A stretch of 64,000 nucleotides of DNA from Dehalococcoidia bacterium (lineage in GTDB: Bacteria > Chloroflexota > Dehalococcoidia > SM23-28-2 > RBG-16-64-32), in assembly GCA_963665775.2 (NCBI GenBank), contig CAXXTF010000002.1, forward strand, positions 1,056,001 through 1,120,000, in the 5' to 3' direction. The notes under the pieces are model-generated. The model was not told the origin of the DNA, made no database searches, and was given only the letters and a program-made list of their open reading frames with translations. Below, one piece after another: positions 18,212-27,785 of the stretch (position 1 is the stretch's first letter; each line of letters starts with the position of its first letter). A program made the translations under genes and the position numbers.

Positions 18212-20428
18212 TTGAGCACACTCAGGTTTCTCGCTGTCGGAGTTGTCGCCGCCCTCCTCGCCGTCGGCTGGCAGTCGGCCAGGGCCGACGAACTGCTGAC
18301 CAACGGCGGCTTCGAGGCCGGCATCGCGGGATGGGAGGCAACCCAGGGAGAGCTCACGACAGTGGGATCGCCGGCACATGGCGGCTCGGCCGGCGGCCGG
18401 CTTAGCGGCGATTCCCCGCAAGTTCACGAAGTGTACCAGTGGCTGGAGGTGGCACCCGGTCAGACGTACACGTTCAGCGGCTGGGTCGTTCTCAACGACG
18501 CTACGGTCGAGCGGATATTCCTGCGGATACGCTGGTTCGACAACGGCGGCTCGCTGATCAGCTCCACGGATTCTCCGTGGTTGACGACCCTGGACAGTGC
18601 CTACCACTCCCTGAGCACCGGCCCACAGATATCGCCTCCGGCTGCGGTGACAGCACGAGTGGGGGTGATGATACAGCCCCTTAACGAGCTGTTCACGGTC
18701 TACCTTGATGACTTCTCGTTCCAGGGCCCGGCGCCACCCACCCCCACCCCCACGCCCTCTCCGACGCCAGCTCCAACGCCCACACCCGCGCCCACACCCA
18801 CGCCCACACCGACGCTTTCGCCTGTGCCCACGCCACCCGCCACGGTCACCCCCGCTCCTACATCCGCGCCCACACCCGCGCCGTCGCTCACGCCAACGTC
18901 CACACCCACACCCGCCCCATTGCCCACACCTGCACCTACAACCGCGCCCATGCCTACACCCTCGCCTTCTCCCGGCCCCACACCGGCACCGACGCCCACA
19001 CCCACGCCTACACCCCTACCTACATCGACCCCGACCGCCGCTCCCCCACCCGAGCCCCCCGTCTTCCCGGCGCTGGCCAACGGCGGCTTCGAGGAGATGC
19101 GACCCGACGGTACGCCCTTCGGCTGGCGAAAGTTCGGTGGTACGATGGCCCTCACCACTACCCCCCGCACCCAGGGCACATTCGCTCTCGCCTTCGCCTC
19201 CCAAACGAGCTCCACCAAGTGGGCCTACCAGGCGGTCGCCCTGCAAGGCGGCTCCTACTACAACCTGTCCGCCCAGGCGCTGATCGCCGACCCCGCTGCC
19301 GCAGCGGTATTCCTGCGCCTCTCCTGGTACAGCAGCCCGGACGGTAGTGGCGCAGCGCTAGGCTCGGTCGATTCCACGCACACCCTCAATTCAGACCAGC
19401 CGGCCTTCCGTCCACTCACCACCGGCTCCGTTCAGGCACCCGCCGAGGCCCGATCCGCCAGGATCAGGCTCATGCTCCGCCCGGCCTCGGCGGCGCCCAC
19501 CACCGTCTACTTCGATGCCGTGACCTTTCTCCAAACGGCCCCACCGACCTCCTCCTCGCCGATGTCCGAATCGACACCCACGGCCACTCCACAACCAACG
19601 CCCGCTCCTGAACCCGCCGTCTTCCCGGCGCTGGCCAACGGCGGCTTCGAGGAGATGCGACCCGACGGTACGCCCTTCGGCTGGCGAAAGTTCGGCGGCA
19701 CGATGGCCCTCACCACTACCCCCCGCGCCCAGGGCACGTTCGCTCTCGCCTTCGCCTCCCAAACGAGCTCTACCAAGTGAGCCTACCAGGCCGTCGCCCT
19801 GCAAGGCGGCTCCTACTACAACCTGTCCGCCCAGGCGCTGATCGCCGACCCCGCTGCCGCAGCGGTATTCCTGCGCCTCTCCTGGTACAGCAGCCCGGAC
19901 GGTAGTGGCGCAGCGCTAGGCTCGGTCGATTCCACGCACACCCTCGATTCAGACCAGCCGACGTTCCGGCCGCTGACCACCGGCTCCGTCCAGGCACCTG
20001 CCGAGGCCCGATCCGCCAGGATCAGACTCATGCTCCGCCCAGCCTCGGCGGCGCCCACCACCGTCTACTTCGATGCCGTGACCTTTCTCCAAACGGCCCC
20101 ACCGACCTCCCCCTCGCCAACATCGCCACCGACCGCAACAGCCGGAGAGGCGAGCACCCCCAGACCCACGCCGACCGAGGGTGGGTCGAGCGACCTCCTG
20201 CCATCGCCAATCGCGCCGTTGGGCGATGGTTCCACCCCAGGCCCGGTAGGATTGGCCAATCTGAGGGCAGAGGCACTTCCGCCGGCGCTGGAGCCGACGG
20301 CTACTGGAGGGAGAAGCTATGGCTGGGCGGTGGCACTGGCTGTGGCGGTGCCCCTGGCAACCATAGCCGTTGCGGCTGGCTACGAGCGCTGGCAGCGCCT
20401 TGCTGGCAGAGACAGGAAGAACCTATAA
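18212..20428 (+). pseudogene. Secreted/surface protein with three galactose-binding-like (CBM4/9-like) domains, PT linkers and a C-terminal anchor, interrupted by an in-frame TGA at 19778-19780
   Basis: Signal peptide (SARA), three L(T/A)NGGFE...W...(Y)xD modules, Pro/Thr linker, C-terminal TM with basic tail. ORFs 18212-19780 and 20030-20428 share a frame and the TGA aligns to TGG in the duplicate copy. Confidence 0.75.
19059..20118 (+). repeat. Near-identical intragenic tandem duplication, period 558 bp
   Basis: About 19059-19560 repeats at about 19617-20118 with only scattered substitutions (GTCTTCCCGGCGCTGGCCAAC at 19061 and 19619). Confidence 0.95.
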
Positions 20429-20436
20429 TCGAGACG

Positions 20437-21171
20437 ATGGGCGAAACGGCGAATGCTCTCGGTGGAAGGAAGGATAAGCTTTCGCAGCCGTCGCTCCCTC
20501 GGGTAATCGCCCTGGACGGGCCCGCCGCCGCCGGCAAGAGCACCGTTGGCCGGCAGGTGGCAGAGGCCTTAGGTTATCCCTTTCTTGACACGGGCGCCAT
20601 GTATCGGGCCATCACCTGGACGGCGTTGCGGCGCGGGATCGACCTCGGCAACGAGGATGCCCTGACTCGGCTGGCGGCATCGGTGCGAATGGAGGTCGGC
20701 CCTCCCTCGCCCGGCTCTATAGAAGCGTGCACGATCAGTGTCGATGGCGAGGACGTGACGGAGCGGCTACGCCAGCCGGAGGTGGAGGCAGCGGTGTCCC
20801 AGGTGTCCAGCATCTCCGGGGTGAGACAAGCGCTGGTAACTCTCCAACGGGGGCTGGCCGGGCAACGGCCGGTGGTGATGGCCGGCCGGGACATCGGGAC
20901 GGTGGTGATGCCGGACGCGGACCTAAAGGTGTACCTGGACGCCTCCGTGAAGGAGAGGGCGCTTCGGCGGCACCGGGAGCTTTCGGCCCTGAAGCAAGAG
21001 ATCGCGCCGGAGACCGTGCTGGCGGAGCTGCGCCGTCGCGACCGAATCGACTCCCAGCGAGCGGAATCGCCGCTGCAGGCCGCTGAGGACGCCGTCGTCA
21101 TCAACACGGATAGCCTGTCTCTGGACGAAGTCGTACAGATGGTACTGGAGCAGCTGGAAGGTTTGCCGTGA
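20437..21171 (+). CDS. cmk: Cytidylate kinase
   Basis: IALDGPAAAGKST, LDTGAMYRA, GRDIGTVV, RRDRIDSQR. Confidence 0.96.
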   Translation: MGETANALGGRKDKLSQPSLPRVIALDGPAAAGKSTVGRQVAEALGYPFLDTGAMYRAITWTALRRGIDLGNEDALTRLAASVRMEVGPPSPGSIEACTISVDGEDVTERLRQPEVEAAVSQVSSISGVRQALVTLQRGLAGQRPVVMAGRDIGTVVMPDADLKVYLDASVKERALRRHRELSALKQEIAPETVLAELRRRDRIDSQRAESPLQAAEDAVVINTDSLSLDEVVQMVLEQLEGLP

Positions 21172-21857
21172 AGGACCGGCTGCACATCCTCTTCTACTGG
21201 CTCCATGTCCGGACCTGGGGCGGGTCAATCATCTGGCTGACAACCAACCGTGCTGCAAAAGGGCGAAAGAATATCCCCCGCGGGGGACCGGTGATCCTGG
21301 CTAGCAACCATCTCAACCTGGCTGATCCGCCCATCCTGATGTCGGTAGTACCGCGGCGCATAATCTGGATGACTAAGCAAGAGCTATTCGACGCCCCGGT
21401 AATCGGCCTCCTCTACTACTCGGTCGGCTTCATCCCTGTGCGCCGTGGCAGGACAAACCTGCGAGCCCTCCGCCAGTCGGAGCAGACCCTGCGCAAGGGA
21501 TGCCTGCTGGGGATGTTCCCGGAAGGGACGCGGGGCACTAATCGCGGCCTGCAAAAGGCCGAGGCGGGGACAGCCCTCCTGGCCCTACGGAGCGGGGCGC
21601 CGGTGTTGCCTGTGGCCATCTGGGGCAGCGAGGTCATCAAGCTGCCTGCGTCTTTCTTCAAGCGAACCCGAGTGAACGTAGTCTTCGGGGAGCCGTTCCA
21701 GTTAACGAAATCGGAGCGGCCTACGAAAGAGCAGGTGGCGGCGGGCGCGGATGAGATAATGAGGCGGATCGCCGCCCTGCTGCCCGTCGACTACCGGGGC
21801 GTATACGGAGAGGGTTCAGCCGATGCGGTCTCCACCGCTGATGGGAAAGCCCGATAG
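21168..21857 (+). CDS. plsC: 1-acyl-sn-glycerol-3-phosphate acyltransferase
   Basis: SNHLNLAD (NHxxxxD) and FPEGTR motifs. Confidence 0.9.
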   Translation: MKDRLHILFYWLHVRTWGGSIIWLTTNRAAKGRKNIPRGGPVILASNHLNLADPPILMSVVPRRIIWMTKQELFDAPVIGLLYYSVGFIPVRRGRTNLRALRQSEQTLRKGCLLGMFPEGTRGTNRGLQKAEAGTALLALRSGAPVLPVAIWGSEVIKLPASFFKRTRVNVVFGEPFQLTKSERPTKEQVAAGADEIMRRIAALLPVDYRGVYGEGSADAVSTADGKAR

Positions 21858-21985
21858 GTAACCCGATGCTGCGGGCAGAGCTACGGTTCCGGCCTGAGCC
21901 GCAGGGATGGAAACGGACCGGCGGCAGCAACCACAAGCTCCTGGGGACGTTTCCTAAGAGGAACGTCGTCGGAGGGGGTTAGCTC
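21841..21985 (+). promoter_or_regulatory. Candidate structured cis-regulatory RNA upstream of glmS
   Basis: Several stems (GCCCG/CGGGC, CGGTTCCG/CGGACCG, GACGTTTCC/GGAACGTC); CTCC at 21938-21941 can pair with the SD GGAG at 21971-21974. Confidence 0.4.
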
Positions 21986-23827
21986 ATGTGCGGAATCATC
22001 GGCTATGTGGGTACGCGAGAGGCCGCGCCTGTTCTCGTGGAGGGGCTGAAGCGACTCGAGTACCGCGGCTACGACAGCGCCGGCATCGCTGTTCTGGAGC
22101 AGAACGGCGGCCTCACACTCCACAAGCGGGTCGGGAAGCTGGATAGGCTCACCGCCGCCCTGTCTAACCGCTGGCCCCCTGGTCGCCAGGGGATCGGCCA
22201 CACGCGTTGGGCCACGCACGGCAAGCCCAGCGATATAAACGCTCACCCCCACACCGACTGCGGCGGAGGCGTGGTGGTGATCCACAACGGCATCGTGGAG
22301 AACCACCGGCAGCTGAAAGAGCGCCTACAGGCGGCCGGCCACCACCTAACCTCGGAGACGGACACGGAGGTGATCCCACATCTCATCGAGGAGCACCTGC
22401 GGAGCAGCAGCGACTTGGAAGCGGCGTTGGGCCAGGCCATCCGGGAGCTGTCCGGGGCCCACGCTATCCTGGCGATGAGCACCGCCGAGCCGGGCACGAT
22501 AGTGGCTGCCCGCGTGGGCAACGCCGGAGGAGTCGTGGTGGGCTATGGTCACGGCGAGAACTACCTGGCCAGCGACCTTCCCGCGCTGCTCCCCCATACC
22601 AGGCAAGTCGTCTTCCTAGAGGACGGCGATATCGCCCGCGTGACAGCCCGCAGCGTCTCCTACTCGCGAGACAAGCGCCACCTAGAAAGAGAGTCACAGC
22701 AGGTACCATACGACCCCGTCTCGGCGGCCAAGGGGAGCTACAAGCACTTCATGCTGAAGGAGCTGATGGAGCAGCCGGAGGCGATCCTGGACACGCTCAG
22801 GGGCCGAGCCCTCTTCGCGGAGGCGAGGGTCGCGCTGGAGGACGTGAAGCTGAGTCGCGCCCGGCTTCGCCGGATCAGACGGGCCATCCTGGTGGGCATG
22901 GGCACCAGCCTGAACGCCGCGACGGTGGGCCGCCACTATCTGGAGCGGATCGCTGGTATCCCGGCGGAGGTGGAGAACGCCTCCGAGCTGCGCGCCCGGC
23001 AGCCCCTCATCGGCCCGGACACCCTGGTCATCTCGGTCAGCCAGTCCGGGGAGACGGTGGACACCCTGGCGGCCATGGAAGAAGCGAGAGAGAAGGGCTG
23101 CCCTCAGGTGACCATCTGCAACGTCATCGGCAGCCAAGCCGCCCGGCTGGCAGATGGCACCGTCTACACCCGCAGCGGGCTGGAGATCGGGGTGGCCAGC
23201 ACCAAGACTTACACGGCCGCCATCACGGCCCTCTATCTGCTAGCCTGCTACCTGGGCCAGGCACGAGGCGTCATCGACCGGGAGCGCATGGGCGGGTTGC
23301 TGGAGCCGCTGGCCCGACTCCCCTTCCTGGCGGGAGAGGTCATCAAGCGCAACAACGAGTACGAACGCCTGGCTCACAAGATGTTTCGCTACAACAACTT
23401 CCTATACCTGGGCCGGGGCATCCAGTACCCGGTGGCTATGGAGGGGGCGCTGAAGCTGAAAGAGGTCAGCTACATTCACGCCGAGGGGTATCTAGCGGGA
23501 GAGATGAAACACGGACCCATCGCCCTCATCGATCGCGAGATGCCCGTCATCGCCCTCGCTCCGCGGGACGGCCTGTACGACAAGATGATAAGCAACATCG
23601 AGCAGATTAAGGCACGGGAAGGCACCGTGATCGCAATCGCGACGGAAGGCGATCGGGAGCTAGAAGCGAAGGCCGACCACGTATTGTACGTGCCGGCGAC
23701 GGTTCCCTTGCTCGCCCCGGTGCTCACGTCGATACCCCTGCAGATGTTCGCCTATCACGTGGCTGTGCGACGCGGTTGCGACGTAGACCAGCCACGGAAC
23801 CTGGCCAAGACAGTCACGGTAGAGTAA
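21986..23827 (+). CDS. glmS: Glutamine--fructose-6-phosphate transaminase
   Basis: MCGIIGY, LEYRGYDSAG, GHTRWATHG, HNGIVEN, SQSGET, C-terminal DVDQPRNLAKTVTVE. Confidence 0.98.
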   Translation: MCGIIGYVGTREAAPVLVEGLKRLEYRGYDSAGIAVLEQNGGLTLHKRVGKLDRLTAALSNRWPPGRQGIGHTRWATHGKPSDINAHPHTDCGGGVVVIHNGIVENHRQLKERLQAAGHHLTSETDTEVIPHLIEEHLRSSSDLEAALGQAIRELSGAHAILAMSTAEPGTIVAARVGNAGGVVVGYGHGENYLASDLPALLPHTRQVVFLEDGDIARVTARSVSYSRDKRHLERESQQVPYDPVSAAKGSYKHFMLKELMEQPEAILDTLRGRALFAEARVALEDVKLSRARLRRIRRAILVGMGTSLNAATVGRHYLERIAGIPAEVENASELRARQPLIGPDTLVISVSQSGETVDTLAAMEEAREKGCPQVTICNVIGSQAARLADGTVYTRSGLEIGVASTKTYTAAITALYLLACYLGQARGVIDRERMGGLLEPLARLPFLAGEVIKRNNEYERLAHKMFRYNNFLYLGRGIQYPVAMEGALKLKEVSYIHAEGYLAGEMKHGPIALIDREMPVIALAPRDGLYDKMISNIEQIKAREGTVIAIATEGDRELEAKADHVLYVPATVPLLAPVLTSIPLQMFAYHVAVRRGCDVDQPRNLAKTVTVE

Positions 23828-24028
23828 GAGTAGCCCCAAGGCAGTACCTAGAGGGCACAGCGCCAGGCCCGGCAAGCCCTGCCCTTGCCGCAGACGCTCG
23901 CTGCTCTGGATAACGCTTCAGGGGGCACCTTGATCGCGCGAGCGCACCCGCCTTTTTTAGCCCTCCTCAGGCATCCTTCCCTTTCCAGCGATAAATCCTG
24001 TCTATGGCAGAGGATCACATCGATTCGG

Positions 24029-24057
24029 TGGACAGGCATTGACACCGCCGCTATAAT
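24029..24057 (+). promoter_or_regulatory. Putative ppsA promoter
   Basis: TGGACA-N17-TATAAT upstream of the GGAG RBS and ATG 24120. Confidence 0.55.
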
Positions 24058-24119
24058 TGGGCTGTTCTGCGCCTGGTGCTACGGCAGCGGAAGCGGGCAT
24101 CTTATCAGGGAGGGAGCTT

Positions 24120-26432
24120 ATGAAGCTGGTGGTCTGGTTCCCCGAGGTAGGCAAGGACGACGTAGGTCGTGTCGGAGGAAAGGGAGCAAATCTAGGGGAA
24201 CTAACCAGAGCCGGCATCCCCGTGCCGCCAGGATTCATCCTCACCGCCAACGCCTACTTTCAGCTCCTTGAGGAATCAGGTCTGAAGGCCAAGATCCAGG
24301 GCCTTCTCACCGGCTTGAATGTCGATGACAGTAACCAGCTCCAGGAGGTGGCTGCTGAGATCAAGGAAGCCATCATCGCTACTCCCATGCCCCAGAAAGT
24401 CGCCTCAGAGGTTACGCGGGCCTATCGGGAGATGGCGGGCGGCCTCGTCGCCGTAAGAAGCTCAGCCACCGCCGAGGACCTGGCGGAGGCCTCCTTCGCG
24501 GGCCAGCAGAGCACCTATCTGAACGTGACGGGCGAGGAGGCGGTAGTACAGGCCGTGCAGGCCTGCTGGGCCTCCCTGTTCGAGGCGCGGGCCATCTTCT
24601 ATCGGGAGAACGGTGGTTTCGACCACCTGGAGGTCGGGATCGCGGTGGTCGTCCAGCGCATGGTGCAATCGGAGCGCTCCGGCGTGATGTTCACGGTAGA
24701 GCCCGTGACCGGGACCCGAGACAAGATAGTAATCGAGGCCCTCTATGGCCTGGGCGAAGCGGTTGTCTCGGGCGCACTGACGCCCGATCTGTACGTGTTC
24801 GACAAAGCAACTTCATCGATCATCGAAAAGACGGCGGCCCGCCAGGAGAAACAACTGATTCGTAACCCGGAGGGCGGACCCGGACAGGAAGATAATATCT
24901 GGTCGCCGGTGCGACCGGAGGAGGCCAGCCTACAGAAGCTAAATGACCAGGAGATAATGTCTCTGGCCAAACTGGGACGTCGAGTGGAGGATCATTACGG
25001 CGCGCCCCAGGACATAGAGTGGGCAGAGGAGCACGGCGAGCTGTTCATCGTCCAGTCGCGGCCGGTGACGGTAACGGCGGCAGGTCCAGCGGAATCGGAA
25101 GCCAGCCTGGCCGCCGAGACGGCGCCGGTCTTGATGGAGGGTTCGCCGGCAGGCCCCGGCGTGGCTTTCGGCCCCGTGACAATCATCGTCGAACCGGCCC
25201 AGATCGACAGGGTACATGAGGGCGACATCCTGGTAGCGGAGATGACGACGCCGGATTTCGTGCCAGCCATGAAACGCGCGGCGGGTATCGTCACGGAGAA
25301 GGGCGGACGTACCTGTCACGCTGCCATCGTCAGCCGGGAGCTGGGAACCCCCTGCGTGGTCGGCGCCGGAATGGCCACAAGAAACCTATCGGAGGGGCAG
25401 CGGGTGACCGTTGACGGCTCACACGGGCTTGTCTACGAGGGGCGAGCGGAGACGCGGCTGGCCTGGGCACAGGAGGAGAAGACGCGATGGGATGCCGCCG
25501 CCAATATCCAGACTGAGACCAAGCTCTACGTGAACCTGGCCGAGGGGAGTGAGGCGAAGGAAGTGGCCAAGATGAACGTGGACGGCGTAGGCCTGCTGCG
25601 GGCCGAATTCATCATCGCCGACCACGTCAAGGAGCACCCGCGGCTGTGCCTCGAGGAAGGCCGGCCCGATGACTTCACCGATAAGCTGGCGGAGGGGCTG
25701 CGCGTCTTCGCCAAGGCATTTTCTCCGCGGCCGGTGATCTACCGGACCACGGACTTCAAGACGAACGAGTACCGCGGCCTGAAGGGCGGCGAAAAGTACG
25801 AGCAGATCGAAGAGAACCCGATGATCGGCTTTCGTGGCGCCTCCCGCTACATCCGTGAAGAGGAGGTGTTTCACCTGGAGGTGAGGGCGATCCAGAAAGT
25901 GCGGGAGCAGTGCCCAAACCTGTGGGTCATGATCCCGTTCGTGCGGACGCCGGAGGAGCTGGCCAGCGTGAAAGCGCTCATGGAGCGGTTCGGCCTGGCT
26001 CGCTCGCCGGATTTCAAGCTCTGGATGATGGCCGAGGTGCCGTCGAATGTATTCCTGCTCGACCGCTTCCTCGATGTGGGGATAGATGGCATCAGCATCG
26101 GCTCTAACGACCTTACCCAGCTCATCCTGGGGATCGACCGGGACAACGCCCGATTCGCGGCGGAGTTCGACGAGCGCAATGAGGCGGTGATGCAGGCCCT
26201 CAAGAAGCTGGTCACGGGGGCGAAGAAGCGCGGGGTGACGGTATCGATCTGCGGGCAGGCGCCGTCGGACTACCCAGAGATGACCCGGAAGCTGGTAGAG
26301 TGGGGAATCACCTCGCTATCGGTGAACCGGGACGTGATCAACAAGACACGACAGATTATCGCCAATGCGGAGGGCCTGCTAGAGGCGCAGGCGGCGGCCT
26401 CGCGGGCGCCCGCTGGCTCTCCGGCTTCCTAG
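24120..26432 (+). CDS. ppsA: Phosphoenolpyruvate synthase
   Basis: VGGKGANLGEL, VAVRSSATAED, SFAGQQ, GGRTCHAAIVSRE, GLLRAEF, SIGSNDLTQ, ICGQAPS. Confidence 0.96.
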   Translation: MKLVVWFPEVGKDDVGRVGGKGANLGELTRAGIPVPPGFILTANAYFQLLEESGLKAKIQGLLTGLNVDDSNQLQEVAAEIKEAIIATPMPQKVASEVTRAYREMAGGLVAVRSSATAEDLAEASFAGQQSTYLNVTGEEAVVQAVQACWASLFEARAIFYRENGGFDHLEVGIAVVVQRMVQSERSGVMFTVEPVTGTRDKIVIEALYGLGEAVVSGALTPDLYVFDKATSSIIEKTAARQEKQLIRNPEGGPGQEDNIWSPVRPEEASLQKLNDQEIMSLAKLGRRVEDHYGAPQDIEWAEEHGELFIVQSRPVTVTAAGPAESEASLAAETAPVLMEGSPAGPGVAFGPVTIIVEPAQIDRVHEGDILVAEMTTPDFVPAMKRAAGIVTEKGGRTCHAAIVSRELGTPCVVGAGMATRNLSEGQRVTVDGSHGLVYEGRAETRLAWAQEEKTRWDAAANIQTETKLYVNLAEGSEAKEVAKMNVDGVGLLRAEFIIADHVKEHPRLCLEEGRPDDFTDKLAEGLRVFAKAFSPRPVIYRTTDFKTNEYRGLKGGEKYEQIEENPMIGFRGASRYIREEEVFHLEVRAIQKVREQCPNLWVMIPFVRTPEELASVKALMERFGLARSPDFKLWMMAEVPSNVFLLDRFLDVGIDGISIGSNDLTQLILGIDRDNARFAAEFDERNEAVMQALKKLVTGAKKRGVTVSICGQAPSDYPEMTRKLVEWGITSLSVNRDVINKTRQIIANAEGLLEAQAAASRAPAGSPAS

Positions 26433-26524
26433 ACACTGATCGGGATCGCGCGCGGCGCCGGAAATGCCGGGGCCATCCCCAAAAACGAGGTTACTCTTTT
26501 TAGCGTAAGGGGCTTTCGGATACG

Positions 26525-27586
26525 ATGGCTTCCTCGATGGACATAAGCGTTGTCCGCCGCCGCCTGGAGGAGAGGGAGGATCAGCTCTCGCCGCAGGCGG
26601 CCAGGAGCTACCAGAGCCGCGGCCGGGAGCGCCCCGAGGAGCCATCGCCGGTGCGGACCGAGTTCCAGCGGGACCGGGACCGCATCATCCACTCCAAGGC
26701 CTTCCGGCGTCTGAAGCACAAGACGCAGGTGTTCATCGCGCCTACCGGGGACCATTTCGTGACCCGCCTGACCCATACGCTGGAGGTGGCCCAGATCGCC
26801 CGGACGATCGCCCGAGCCCTCAACCTGAATGAGGACCTTGTGGAGCCGATCGCCCTGGGTCACGACCTGGGGCACCCACCCTTCGGGCACGCTGGGGAGG
26901 AGGCCCTGGCAGAGCTGCTGCCGGAGGGGTTCCGGCACGCGGAGCAGAGCCTGCGGGTGGTAGAGAAGCTGGAGCGTCTGAACCTGACGTGGGAGGTCCG
27001 CGACGGGATATTGAACAGCTCCAAGGCGCGGGCGGACATGCTGGCCGAAGGGTTCGGCACACCCGCTACCCTGGAGGGGCAGATCGCCAAGCTGGCCGAC
27101 GCCGTCGCCTACATCAACCACGACATCTCCGACGCCATTCGCGCGGACCTCATCAAAGAAGATGACTTGCCACCCGCGGTACAGGAGACGCTGGGTCGCT
27201 CCCACTCCCAGCGGATCAACACCCTCGTATGCGACATCGTGGTGGAGTCCTGGGCAGTCTCCGGCCAGACAGAGGAGAACGCGCCCGAAACCGGGGAACA
27301 CGCTCAAATCGCCATGAGTCCGCCCGTCTCGGCGGCGGCCAACGCCCTGCGGGAGTTCATGTTCCAACGGGTCTACCTGTGGGAGGGACGCCGCGAGGAA
27401 GTGGACCGGGCGAAGCAGGTTGTGCGAGCCCTGCAAAATTATTATGTCGAGCATCCGGAGGAGATCCAGAGCGACTTCGTGATAGCGGCGGACCCGGCCT
27501 GGCGTCGTGCCGCCGACTACGTTGCCGGGATGACGGATCGATTCGCCCTGGCGACCGCGGAGAGGTTGCGAAACGTATTAAGATAA
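26525..27586 (+). CDS. dgt: Deoxyguanosinetriphosphate triphosphohydrolase
   Basis: RTEFQRDRDRIIHSKAFRRLKHKTQVF, RLTHTLEV, GHDLGHPPFGHAGE, DYVAGMTD. Confidence 0.94.
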   Translation: MASSMDISVVRRRLEEREDQLSPQAARSYQSRGRERPEEPSPVRTEFQRDRDRIIHSKAFRRLKHKTQVFIAPTGDHFVTRLTHTLEVAQIARTIARALNLNEDLVEPIALGHDLGHPPFGHAGEEALAELLPEGFRHAEQSLRVVEKLERLNLTWEVRDGILNSSKARADMLAEGFGTPATLEGQIAKLADAVAYINHDISDAIRADLIKEDDLPPAVQETLGRSHSQRINTLVCDIVVESWAVSGQTEENAPETGEHAQIAMSPPVSAAANALREFMFQRVYLWEGRREEVDRAKQVVRALQNYYVEHPEEIQSDFVIAADPAWRRAADYVAGMTDRFALATAERLRNVLR

Positions 27587-27785
27587 TGACCTCCGAAAGG
27601 GAATCATTCTTTTGGCAACCGGACGCAACTGTAACATTTTGCGTTGCCAAGTGTTCTATAATAGGATTGTCAACCTGGCGGGCGGTTACCGCTTGTTTTC
27701 GGTGTGTCCACGTTAGCTTGGGCGAAACAGACACGCGAACCTCAAATGCTACCTCAGCCTGCCCGCATGTAGGGATGCGAGAGTC

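Noticed and set aside
18730-19055. C-rich short repeats as a CRISPR array or DNA satellite
   Set aside because: They encode a degenerate Pro/Thr linker; there are no identical repeats with unique spacers.
19778-19780. In-frame TGA as selenocysteine or an alternative genetic code
   Set aside because: It aligns to Trp, not Cys, in the duplicate copy, and TGA is a normal stop in many genes here (mltG, topA, efp, rpoD).
23859-23910. glmS ribozyme-like AGCGCCAGG plus hairpin
   Set aside because: It lies downstream of glmS and lacks the GACGAGG and later core segments.
24039-24057. TTGACA paired with TATAAT as a consensus promoter
   Set aside because: The spacer is only 7 nt; the upstream TGGACA gives the correct 17-nt spacing instead.
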